Below are positions 8,014 to 16,600 of a stretch of 32,000 nucleotides of DNA, piece by piece. The DNA comes from Geotalea daltonii FRC-32 (GTDB lineage Bacteria > Desulfobacterota > Desulfuromonadia > Geobacterales > Geobacteraceae), in the NCBI RefSeq assembly GCF_000022265.1, contig NC_011979.1, positions 2,850,001 to 2,882,000 of the forward strand. The letters run 5' to 3'. The position numbers and the translations under genes were made by a program. Positions within the stretch are counted from its first letter, which is position 1, and each line of letters opens with the position of its first letter. The notes under the pieces are model-generated. The model did not search any database and had not been told where the DNA came from. It saw only the letters and a program-made list of their open reading frames with translations.

Positions 8014-8940
8014 ATGTTTTCATTTCGTCGCTACTTCAAGCTGGGTGACCTGAGTTACAAGGAACTTGGCAAGCGGGTTTATGGACAGGTGACGGATCAC
8101 GGATGTGCTGCCTACGCCGCCGCCATGGCCTACTATCTACTCTTTGCCCTGTTTCCGTTTTTTCTGTTTCTCACCACACTGATCGGATACCTCCCCATAC
8201 CCGGGCTGCTGGATTTCATCCTCACTACCATGCAGAGATTTCTTCCGGAGCAGGCTTTCAGCCTGGTGCAGGACAATGTAAAATCGCTCTTTGGCAACAA
8301 GCAGGGGGGACTCTTGTCGCTGGGATTTGTCCTGGCGCTGTGGACCTCATCCAATGCAATTACTTCCATCATGGATATCATGAACAGGCTTTACCAGGTC
8401 CAGGAAGGTCGGCCGTTCTGGAAGGTGCGGCTTACGGCAATTGCCTTGGTGACGGTTCTTTCCGTTCTATTCATCCTGTCGCTTGTGCTCCTCATGTTCG
8501 GGCCAAAGCTGGGTTCCTTCATCGCCGGCATAACCCATTTGGGCCACTTTTTCGAGATCCTCTGGAATATCCTCATTGCACCGGCAACCCTGTTCATGCT
8601 GATGCTGGCCATAGCCATCATTTATTACTTTACGCCCGACGTTGAACAGAATTGGAAATGGATTTCTCCAGGCGCAGTTATTGCCATTCCGGTCTGGGTC
8701 CTCGCTTCATTGGCTTTTTCCTTCTACGTTAATAATTTCGGCTCCTATAACAAGACCTATGGCAGTATCGGTGCGGTCATCATTCTTCTGTTCTGGCTTT
8801 ACATAAGCGGTTTTATCATACTTGCCGGGGCTGAGATAAATTCGGCTGTGGAACATTCATCGGCAGAGGGAAAGGAGCCGGGTGAAAAGGTTGAAGGTGA
8901 GCGTGAAGGTGAGGCCGGCGCCAAGGGGCAGAAGGGCTGA
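8014..8940 (+). CDS. YihY/BrkB-family (formerly ribonuclease BN-like) integral membrane protein
   Basis: Family-typical N-terminus YAAAMAYYLLFALFPFFLFLTTLIGYLP plus YGSIGAVIILLFWLYISGFIILAGAEINS, with multiple TM helices. ATG 8014 is preceded by GAGGAG with a 5-nt spacer; the ORF-track TTG at 7996 is rejected. Confidence 0.85.
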   Translation: MFSFRRYFKLGDLSYKELGKRVYGQVTDHGCAAYAAAMAYYLLFALFPFFLFLTTLIGYLPIPGLLDFILTTMQRFLPEQAFSLVQDNVKSLFGNKQGGLLSLGFVLALWTSSNAITSIMDIMNRLYQVQEGRPFWKVRLTAIALVTVLSVLFILSLVLLMFGPKLGSFIAGITHLGHFFEILWNILIAPATLFMLMLAIAIIYYFTPDVEQNWKWISPGAVIAIPVWVLASLAFSFYVNNFGSYNKTYGSIGAVIILLFWLYISGFIILAGAEINSAVEHSSAEGKEPGEKVEGEREGEAGAKGQKG

Positions 8941-8944
8941 ATGG

Positions 8945-9355
8945 TCAACCCTTGGGAATCGGCCGTTTTAGTCCTTCATCATCAACAGCCACATAAGTGA
9001 ACGATGCCTCGGTAACCATGAACAACGGGTGTTCCTTTCCGTAACACGTTGCGCGCAGCACCGGTTTTACCCATACTTCCAGCCGGATGGTCACCGAGGT
9101 GTTGCCTATCTTGACTGCTTTACCGTAACAACAGACCACATCACCGACCTTGACCGGCTTAATGAACTTCATGGCATCAACAGCGATGGTAACGCAGCGT
9201 CCGCAGGTTATCTCTATGGCCATCATGCCGCCTGCAATGTCCATCTGCGACATGATCCAGCCACCAAAAACATCGCCGTTTGCGTTGGTGTCGCTCGGCA
9301 TGGGCGAAGTCCTCAAAAGCAGTTCCCCATCAGGTCTTGCATCCTCACTTGGCAT
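8945..9355 (-). CDS. Acyl-CoA thioesterase, hotdog fold (YciA-like)
   Basis: 136-aa ORF. PSDTNANGDVFGGWIMSQMDIAGGMMA and the overall length match the YciA/Acot-type thioesterase family. Confidence 0.85.
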   Translation of the reverse strand: MPSEDARPDGELLLRTSPMPSDTNANGDVFGGWIMSQMDIAGGMMAIEITCGRCVTIAVDAMKFIKPVKVGDVVCCYGKAVKIGNTSVTIRLEVWVKPVLRATCYGKEHPLFMVTEASFTYVAVDDEGLKRPIPKG

Positions 9356-9551
9356 GTTCCCTCCACTTGCTTTAATGTCGTATCATAAAAGGTCAATCCA
9401 AATATAACGCAATTTTTGCAGTTTCATCGCCCGGCCCATAAAATTTAACCGATTGAAATGATACAGCGTTTGTACTATAAATAACGAGACGCGTTCTTGT
9501 CTATATATTTTGGTGCTGACATGTGGCGAACAATGTTTTAAAAAGGGGTTT

Positions 9552-11330
9552 ATGGAGAGCGATAGCAAAAAAAACGGGTGTCACCCCGAAAGCTGCAGTT
9601 CCGGCGTCATCAGGCTCGATGCCGACCTCTGCATAGTTTATCTGGACAAAGCGGCTGAAGCAACGCTGGAGCTTCCTTCTGCCAGTCTCATTGGTAAAAA
9701 AATTGATCATGTAGCCGATCTGGCAAACCTTGGCAACTTGATGCACGGGGGAATCAGTTTCAGCGACCAGGTTATTCTCATCGGTGGGCGCCGCATTGTC
9801 TGTGATTTCGTTCCCCTTGTGGAGAACGATCTGATGGTTGGCGGAGTTCTGTCACTGCTCGGATCAATCCCGGACAGTTGCAACGATACCGATGACAACC
9901 TCAGGGAAATCCTCCGCTCAACCAGTGCTTTCATGAACTTCGATTTTGACGGCATCATTGTCGTCGATCGCAACGGTATCGTGGTTATGGTTAACCAGTC
10001 CTTTGCCAGGTTGCTGGATACGACACCACAGGCGATGATCGGCAGACACGTGGATCAGGCCTACCAGAACTCCCAGCCTTCACATCTGCCGATGGTTATG
10101 GAAACTGGCAAGCCCGACCTGGGAATTATCCATTATTTTAACGGCAAACAGGTTTATGCGAACCGTTTCCCTCTGATCAAGGAGGGCAGGGTTATCGGTT
10201 GCGTCGGCAAAATCCTCTTCATGGATATCCGTGAGATTCCCCTCATAGCACGACAGTTGCAAGCTGCTCCGGAAAGCAAGGGGCACCCTCACACCCTGAA
10301 CAGGAAGGAGATCCTTTTCAAGTATGACACCAACAGCATCGTCGGTCAGAGCAGAAAAATTCAGGAAATGAAAGAAACATTGCTCCGGGTTGCCCAGAAA
10401 AACTCCAATGTGCTGCTTCGGGGGGAAAGCGGTACCGGCAAGGAACTCTTTGCCCATGCCATTCATGCTGCCAGCACCCGTCATTATTCACCGTTCGTCA
10501 AGGTGAACTGTGCAGCCATCCCCGAGCATCTTCTGGAGTCGGAGCTTTTCGGTTATGCGGAAGGGGCATTTACCGGCGCAAAAAAAGGGGGGCAGATCGG
10601 CAAATTCGAGCAGGCCCATACCGGTACCATTTTTCTTGATGAAATAGGGGATATGCCCCTCTATATGCAGGTGAAAATCCTGCGGGTGCTGCAGGAAAAA
10701 GAGCTTACCAACCTGGGAAGCACAAAGCAGAAAACGGTCGATGTGCGTGTCGTTGCTGCTACAAATCGCAACCTTGAACAGATGGTGAAAGAGGGAAAAT
10801 TCAGGGAGGACCTGTATTATCGGCTCAATGTCGTTGCCCTCACCATACCGGCTTTGCGGGAGCGAAAGGAAGATGTTTATCCCCTGACGATGAATTTCAT
10901 CGAGCAGTTCAATGTGGAGTTCGGATTGTCCGTGGAGGACCTGGATGCCGATGCATGGGAAATCTTCAAGAGCTATGACTGGCCGGGCAATATACGCGAA
11001 TTGCGCAATGTTGTAGAAAGCGCCTTTAATGTCGTCAGCGGCCACCTGATCACCAGAGCCCATTTGCCGGAACAACTTACCCAGTTATGCCCGGACACCA
11101 CGGTGGATTCCGTAGGAATCGAAGATTTCATCCGTGCCAGTCTGGGTAAGAAAGACATTACTCAGATAATGGATCAGTTTGAAAACCTGCTTCTCCGGAA
11201 GGCTGTCGAGTTCTGCCATGGGAATAAACAGCAAGCGTCAAGGCTCTTGGGTATTTCCCGGCAAGGTCTTTATAAAAAATTGAGCCGGCAAGCGATTGGA
11301 GGAAGCGATATGGACGACTCCGAAACGTGA
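9552..11330 (+). CDS. Sigma-54-dependent transcriptional activator (PAS-PAS-AAA+-Fis HTH)
   Basis: Walker [22 protein letters not shown] (the GAFTGA sigma-54 contact loop), Walker [10 protein letters not shown], and C-terminal [24 protein letters not shown]. Two PAS-like segments lie in the N-terminal 250 aa. Start placed at ATG 9552 (MESDSKK, GGGG upstream). Confidence 0.9.
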   Translation: MESDSKKNGCHPESCSSGVIRLDADLCIVYLDKAAEATLELPSASLIGKKIDHVADLANLGNLMHGGISFSDQVILIGGRRIVCDFVPLVENDLMVGGVLSLLGSIPDSCNDTDDNLREILRSTSAFMNFDFDGIIVVDRNGIVVMVNQSFARLLDTTPQAMIGRHVDQAYQNSQPSHLPMVMETGKPDLGIIHYFNGKQVYANRFPLIKEGRVIGCVGKILFMDIREIPLIARQLQAAPESKGHPHTLNRKEILFKYDTNSIVGQSRKIQEMKETLLRVAQKNSNVLLRGESGTGKELFAHAIHAASTRHYSPFVKVNCAAIPEHLLESELFGYAEGAFTGAKKGGQIGKFEQAHTGTIFLDEIGDMPLYMQVKILRVLQEKELTNLGSTKQKTVDVRVVAATNRNLEQMVKEGKFREDLYYRLNVVALTIPALRERKEDVYPLTMNFIEQFNVEFGLSVEDLDADAWEIFKSYDWPGNIRELRNVVESAFNVVSGHLITRAHLPEQLTQLCPDTTVDSVGIEDFIRASLGKKDITQIMDQFENLLLRKAVEFCHGNKQQASRLLGISRQGLYKKLSRQAIGGSDMDDSET

Positions 11331-11348
11331 GGTAGTGTGCCATTCCAC

Positions 11349-11382
11349 CTGTCCGTACCTCATCAATGGGCGGACAGTTTTT
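11349..11382 (+). terminator. Rho-independent terminator after the sigma-54 activator gene
   Basis: CTGTCCG (11349-11355) pairs with CGGACAG (11371-11377) around a 15-nt loop, followed by TTTTT (11378-11382). Confidence 0.5.
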
Positions 11383-11496
11383 AAACTCCTAAACAACGTT
11401 TTATTGAAATTTTTAACTTTCAACCTGCCTCTTTCAAACCTCTTATAATCCTCTTTCTTTATCCCTTTATCTCTAAACACATGCTGTGTCGGTCAA

Positions 11497-11516
11497 CTGT
11501 AAACAAACGTTGACAG
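11497..11516. promoter_or_regulatory. Candidate activator binding site (UAS 1): CTGTAAAC-AAAC-GTTGACAG
   Basis: Imperfect inverted repeat with 7 of 8 positions per arm matching. It shares the TGTAAAC-N4-G(T/G)T(G/T)ACA core with the site at 11597-11614 and lies about 230 bp upstream of the -24/-12 element. Confidence 0.4.
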
Positions 11517-11596
11517 TGTCGCAGAAAATGTAAATAACAACCAAACCGCTGTAGACAGCGGATTAAGCCTTTATTGATGTTTGTCTTCGAGAGTTG

Positions 11597-11614
11597 TGTA
11601 AACAATTGGTTACA
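11597..11614. promoter_or_regulatory. Candidate activator binding site (UAS 2): TGTAAAC-AATT-GGTTACA
   Basis: Second copy of the same 18-bp dyad, 98 bp downstream of UAS 1 and about 115 bp upstream of the -24/-12 element. A half-site TGTAAAT sits between them at 11529. Confidence 0.4.
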
Positions 11615-11726
11615 GTACCCGTTAGGGCTTATGGTCCAGGTGTGGTCAAGCGAATAAAAAAATAGTCACGTAATATCAGGTATTAAGGCCTGGATGCGGT
11701 TGTTGTATTAATATAAAAACGCTGTT

Positions 11727-11743
11727 TGGTATTTCAGTTGCTA
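11727..11743 (+). promoter_or_regulatory. Sigma-54 (-24/-12) promoter
   Basis: TTGGTATTTCAGTTGCT has GG at 11729-11730 and GC at 11741-11742, the canonical 12-nt register of TGGCAC-N5-TTGCW. It lies about 120 nt upstream of ATG 11863 and directly downstream of the activator gene. Confidence 0.6.
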
Positions 11744-11862
11744 TATAGAAAGCAGGTACGCTGATGGGGATGGGCGTGAAGTGAAAATCAAATAACAGCA
11801 AACCGGAGTTTTATATGGGAACGAACGGTTATTTAGAAAAGACATCAAAGGAGGCTACGATT

Positions 11863-13173
11863 ATGAATTTGGCACTTACCCAGCGCAGCTATGAAAAAGA
11901 ATATCAGGAAAAGCTCTGTTCTGCCCAGGAAGCGGCGGCAATCGTCCAGTCCGGCGATCATCTCTGTTTTCCTCTCGGGGTAGGGGAGCCCACCTTGATG
12001 GTCAGGGCATTGGCAGCACGTAAGCGCGAGCTGGAAGGGGTTGTCGTCAATCAGCAGCATCATCTGTGCCCCGACTATTTCACTGAGGATTCCGTACCCC
12101 ATATCAAGGTAAACGCCTGGTTCACCAGCCACGTATCACGGGAGGCGGTGCAGAAAGGTTGGGCAGACTTCGTGCCTAATCATTTCAGCGAGGTCCCCAG
12201 GCTCATACGTGAGTACTGGCCTGTGGATGTGGCGGGCACGGTAGTTTCTCCCATGGATGAGCATGGCTTCTTTACCTGCAGCTTGTCCGTCGGCTATACC
12301 ATGGAAGCGGTGAAGAAGGCGAAGAAGGTTGTGGTGCAGGTGAATCCGCAAGCGCCAAGAACCCACGGTAACTGTCACATTCATATTTCTGAGGTTGACC
12401 ATATCATCGAGTGCGATGAACCGCTCCAGGAACTGGCTATTCCCCCTGTTTCTGCTGTGGAGGAGGCAATCGGCGGCTATCTGGCGGAGATGATCGAAGA
12501 CGGCTCAACTCTGCAGATGGGCTGGGGAGGGATTCCCAACGCGGTATGCAAGGCGTTGCTCAGGAAGAAGGATCTTGGCATCCACACCGAATTAATTTCC
12601 AATGGCATCGTCGATCTGATGCTCGCCGGCGCGGTAAACAATTCCCGCAAGACCATTCACCGGGGCAAGAGCCTCGGCACTTTTGCCTTGGGAACGAAAA
12701 AAGTCTTCGAATTCATGAACGAAAACCCCATGATCGAGATGCACCCGGTTGATTACGTGAACGACCCGTATGTAATCGGCCAGATCGACAACATGGTCTC
12801 CATCAATGCCACTATCCAGGTGGACCTCCTCGGACAATGCTGCTCCGAGTCCTTTGGCCATCTACAGTGGAGCGGAACAGGGGGCCAGGCAGACTTTGCA
12901 CGTGGCGCCAACAGATCGCGCGGCGGCAAGGGCTTTATCTGCACGGCGTCAACAGCCAAGAATGGCACTGTCTCTTGTATCGTACCCACATTGACCGCCG
13001 GCTCATCGACAACAACCAGCAAAAATGATGTGGATCATGTAGTGACGGAATTCGGCGTCGCCAAGCTCAGGGGGCAGACGGCGAAGCAGCGCGCCATGAA
13101 CCTCATCAACGTTGCCCATCCAGACTTCAGGGGTGAGCTCATGGAGGCTGCACGCAGGATGAACAGGATTTAA
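11863..13173 (+). CDS. Acetyl-CoA hydrolase/transferase family protein, 4-hydroxybutyrate / butyryl-CoA:acetate CoA-transferase-like
   Basis: GIHTELISNGIVDL (catalytic-Glu region), GTGGQADFARGA and INVAHPDFRGEL match the Cat2/AbfT-type CoA-transferases as I recall them. ATG 11863 has AAAGGAGG 8 nt upstream and gives a family-typical N-terminus. ATG 11815 is an in-frame alternative. Confidence 0.88.
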   Translation: MNLALTQRSYEKEYQEKLCSAQEAAAIVQSGDHLCFPLGVGEPTLMVRALAARKRELEGVVVNQQHHLCPDYFTEDSVPHIKVNAWFTSHVSREAVQKGWADFVPNHFSEVPRLIREYWPVDVAGTVVSPMDEHGFFTCSLSVGYTMEAVKKAKKVVVQVNPQAPRTHGNCHIHISEVDHIIECDEPLQELAIPPVSAVEEAIGGYLAEMIEDGSTLQMGWGGIPNAVCKALLRKKDLGIHTELISNGIVDLMLAGAVNNSRKTIHRGKSLGTFALGTKKVFEFMNENPMIEMHPVDYVNDPYVIGQIDNMVSINATIQVDLLGQCCSESFGHLQWSGTGGQADFARGANRSRGGKGFICTASTAKNGTVSCIVPTLTAGSSTTTSKNDVDHVVTEFGVAKLRGQTAKQRAMNLINVAHPDFRGELMEAARRMNRI

Positions 13174-13209
13174 GATTTACCCGCTTCAGCAAAACTACTC
13201 CCATGTTAT

Positions 13210-13237
13210 GCCCCCTTGTCTCAAGGGGGCCTTTTTC
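13210..13237 (+). terminator. Rho-independent terminator after the CoA-transferase gene
   Basis: GCCCCCTTG (13210-13218) pairs with CAAGGGGGC (13222-13230), followed by CTTTTTC. Confidence 0.7.
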
Positions 13238-13399
13238 GTACCTCATTCAATAAAGAGAAATTGCAATAGCTGGAAATTGGCAGGTAGGCACACCCCGCCC
13301 TCGATCTCCGTGGTCATTTCAATCCTTATCATTCCCATATTCGGGCCCTGCTCCAGTTTGCCATGGCCCAGGCTTTTTCCGTTCTTTATGTCAAAATAG

Positions 13400-13427
13400 T
13401 CGACACCGCTCCGGGCAGGGCTATAAT
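13400..13427 (+). promoter_or_regulatory. Candidate sigma-70 promoter of the SSS-GAF-PP2C gene
   Basis: TCGACA (13400-13405), 16-nt spacer, TATAAT (13422-13427). The implied transcription start is near 13434, giving a leader of about 170 nt. Confidence 0.45.
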
Positions 13428-13436
13428 TAATCTATT

Positions 13437-13616
13437 TAGTTTCCATCCGGAAAGGGTTCTTTTCTGCCCTGGCGGCGTCAATCTGCGGGCTTACTTGTGC
13501 GACGTACCGATGTACGTCTCCGCGCAAGCCCTTGATTTCCTTGCCAGAACAAAAAATCCCCTCTTTCTGAATCGGAAACCACTAGTTTCTTATCCGGAGT
13601 TTCCGGATGGAAACTA
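13437..13616. repeat. Perfect 17-bp inverted repeat (arms 13437-13453 and 13600-13616) enclosing a 146-nt structured leader
   Basis: TAGTTTCCATCCGGAAA versus TTTCCGGATGGAAACTA, checked base by base. The right arm contains ATG 13607. An inner hairpin CTTGTGC-GACGTAC-cgat-GTACGTC-tcc-GCGCAAG spans 13494-13528. Confidence 0.85.
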
Positions 13617-16600
13617 TTTATCCATTTGTCAAAGACGGGAATTCCATGTTGACGGTCGGAATCGTTTCCACCATGACAGTTCTTTATCTTGGCTTGCTGT
13701 TTGCCGTGGCCTATTACGCGGACAATAAGCGCAAGACGGGGCAGAGCATAATTGCCAATCCCTATGTCTATTCCCTTTCCCTTGCTGTTCATTACACTTC
13801 CTGGACCTTCTACGGCGTCGTCGGGCTTTCAGCTACCAACGGTATCGCTTTTCTCGCCCTTTATCTGGGCAACACCCTGATGGCCTTCAGCTGGTGGTTT
13901 CTGCTGCGTAAAATGGTGCGTATCAGCAAAGAGCAGCACATTACCAGCATCGCCGACTTCGTCTCCAGCCGTTACGGCAAGTCACCCCTCCTTGGCGGAA
14001 TCGTCACCGTTTTCAGTATCATGATAATAATTCCTTTCATTGCCTTGCAGCTTAAGGCCGTGGCCTATACCTTCGATCTTCTGACCGTTTCTCCGGGTAC
14101 AGACGGATTCAGGCACATAGTGCCAGCGCTTCCCGAATTCATCGATACCGCTTTCATTGTCGCCATATTTCTCGGCATTTTCGGCATTCTTTTCGGGGCA
14201 CGGCATCTGGATGCTTCGGAGCGACACGAGGGGCTTGTGGCTGCAGTTGCCCTGCAGTCGGTTGTCAAGCTCATTGCCTTTGTTACTGTGGGCATCTTTG
14301 TTACCTACGGTATTTTCGATGGTTTCACCGATATTTTCAGCCGTTTTGCCTCGCAATTTCCCGAACGGAAACATCTCTTTCTCCTGGGGACCGGGCCGGC
14401 GCCTTATGCCACCTGGCTTACCCTCCTTCTTTCCACCATGGCGTTTGTAATGTTCCAACCCCGCCAGTTCCAGATCATGGTTATTGAGAATTCCCACGAA
14501 GAGCACATCAAGGATGCCATGTGGCTTCACCCGGCCTACACTTTTCTTATTACCCTGTTTGTCATCCCCATAGCTTTGGGAGGGATCATTGCATACGGCG
14601 GCAATACAACAATGGCCGACTTTTTTGTTCTTAATTTTCCGCTGCAGACAGGGCATCCCTGGTTGGCCCTGCTGGTATTCATCGGTGGCTTTTCTGCTGC
14701 TGCAGGGATGGTCATGGTGGAAGCGGTAGTTCTTTCCACCATGATTCTCAACCACCTGATAATCCCGATCATCATTCATCTTGGCATCGGAGGCTCAGAC
14801 ATATCCGGGGTTCTCATCAACATCAAAAGGGTTGGCATCCTTGGGGTGGTGCTCCTCGGCTACCTTTACTACCAGTTCATCGGCGAGTCATACACTTTGA
14901 TCAATATCGGCATTATTTCGTTGATAGCTGCCAGCCAATTCGCACCCTCCATAATCGGTGGGCTTTACTGGAAGAGGGCAAGCCGTTGGGGTGCCACCGT
15001 CGGCCTGGTGCTTGGCTTTTTTATCTGGTTCCATACCCTCGTCATTCCCCTGTTGGTCAAAGAGGGCTGGTTGGATAACGGCATCATGCAAAACGGCCCC
15101 TTCGGCCTCGCTTTCCTGCGCCCGCTTCACCTGTTCGGTATGACGGAACTGGACATGTTGCCCCATTCCCTGTTTTGGAGCATGCTATTCAATCTTGGGA
15201 CGTTCATTGCCTGCTCCCTCTTGAGCGAGCCTTCGGAAAGCGTGGCCGAGCAGGCCGTCAAGTTTGTGGATGTCTTTGAGGCGCGTGAGGAACCGGTCAG
15301 GCTCAAAAGGATGAGCAGAGCACCTGCCATTGTGGAGTTTATCGACCTGATGACCAAGTTTATCGGCGAGAAACAGGCTCACGCGGCCATATCCCGGTAT
15401 CTTGGCGACAAGGAGATCGATGAACGGGGGAGCCTTTCCGAGTATGAACTGCCCGTTCTGAAGCGTTTCACTGAAAAGGTGCTGGCCGGTTCGGTGGGGG
15501 CCGCCTCGGCCGGAATTATCGTCGAAAGCTATATGGCGGCAAGGGGAAGCAAGCTGGAAGATGTTTTCGACATTTTCGGCACGGTGACCCTCAGTCGTAC
15601 CGCCAGCCGCGAACAGCTCGGTCTCCTTTATGAGGCAGCAAAGGCCGTGGCAGGCAAAGCTGATTTGCTGGCCATATTGGACAATATTCTCAATCACATC
15701 AAGCAGCAGTTCAAGTTCGATGCCTGCACCATCCGCGTTCTGGAAGAGAAAAAAGGACGCCTTGTCCTTTTAAGCCAGAAGGGGATGAGTCTGAAACACC
15801 TGGAAGAATCGGACCGTGAGCTGAATATGGAGACCTATGCCGGGGCTGCCTTTCTCAACAATTCACCGGAGATAGTCAACGATGCCGATGGAATGAACAA
15901 GCCGCTTTCGGCCCAAGTCATCCGCAGAGAAGGAATTAAATCCTTCGTCCATGTCCCTATCACCATTGAAGGACAGCCGGTCGGGATACTTTCTGCATTC
16001 TCCAAATCCATGAAAGGGATTTTCACGGAAGAATTCATTGAGCTGTTCAACAGTCTGGCAGGACAGATCGGCATTGCACTGCGTAACGCCCGGCAGGCTG
16101 AAAAGCTCATTCAGGTAAAGGAACACGAAAAGGAGATGCAGATTGCCAGGGGAATCCAGTCCGGACTCCTGCCGGCCAGTCCTCCGGAGGTCAAAGGCAT
16201 ATCCCTTGCCGGTATATGCGTCCCGGCCAGGGAAGTGGGAGGGGACTACTTCGATTATCTGCCCCATGGCAGTGAGGCCCTGGATTTGATCATCGCCGAC
16301 GTGTCCGGCCATAATGTGGGTGCTGCATTGATCATGACCGAAGTGCGTACCTTCATCCATGCGGAGGCAAGCAGTATCCGCAGTCCCCGCGATATTATGA
16401 ACGCCCTCAATGAGTTTCTCTATGAGGACCTGACCCGTGCCGAACTCTTCATCACCATGTTTTACCTCAACTACGATGCAGGCCTAAGAAAGCTGTCTTT
16501 CGCCAATGCCGGCCATAACCGGCCCATATTGTGGCGGTCGGAATCAGGGGCATGTGAGTATCTGGATGCCGAAGGGCTGATTCTCGGCATAAAACGGAAG

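Noticed and set aside
11754-11790. Mini-ORF ATGGGGATGGGCGTGAAGTGA in the sigma-54 transcript leader (a possible leader peptide) and an IHF-like A/T-rich site around 11640-11700.
   Set aside because: The mini-ORF has no Shine-Dalgarno and no obvious attenuator logic. The IHF-like match (TATCAGGTATTAA) is too degenerate to call by eye.
11866-11885. TGGCAC hexamers that could be sigma-54 -24 boxes (11869-11874 at the start of the CoA-transferase gene, 18677-18682 in recG and 5083-5088 in the DUF1566 gene).
   Set aside because: None has a TTGC/GC element at the required 12-nt register, and all are inside coding sequence.
13208-13728. ORFs 13208..13399 and 13363..13728 (plus strand), 13478..13792 (minus strand) and a short minus-strand reading frame of about 58 codons ending at 13243, all in the long spacer before the SSS-GAF-PP2C gene.
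   Set aside because: They have no ribosome-binding sites and implausible sequences, and they overlap the terminator, the promoter and the structured leader. The minus-strand frame is interrupted by TAG and has no usable start. I treat the region as non-coding.
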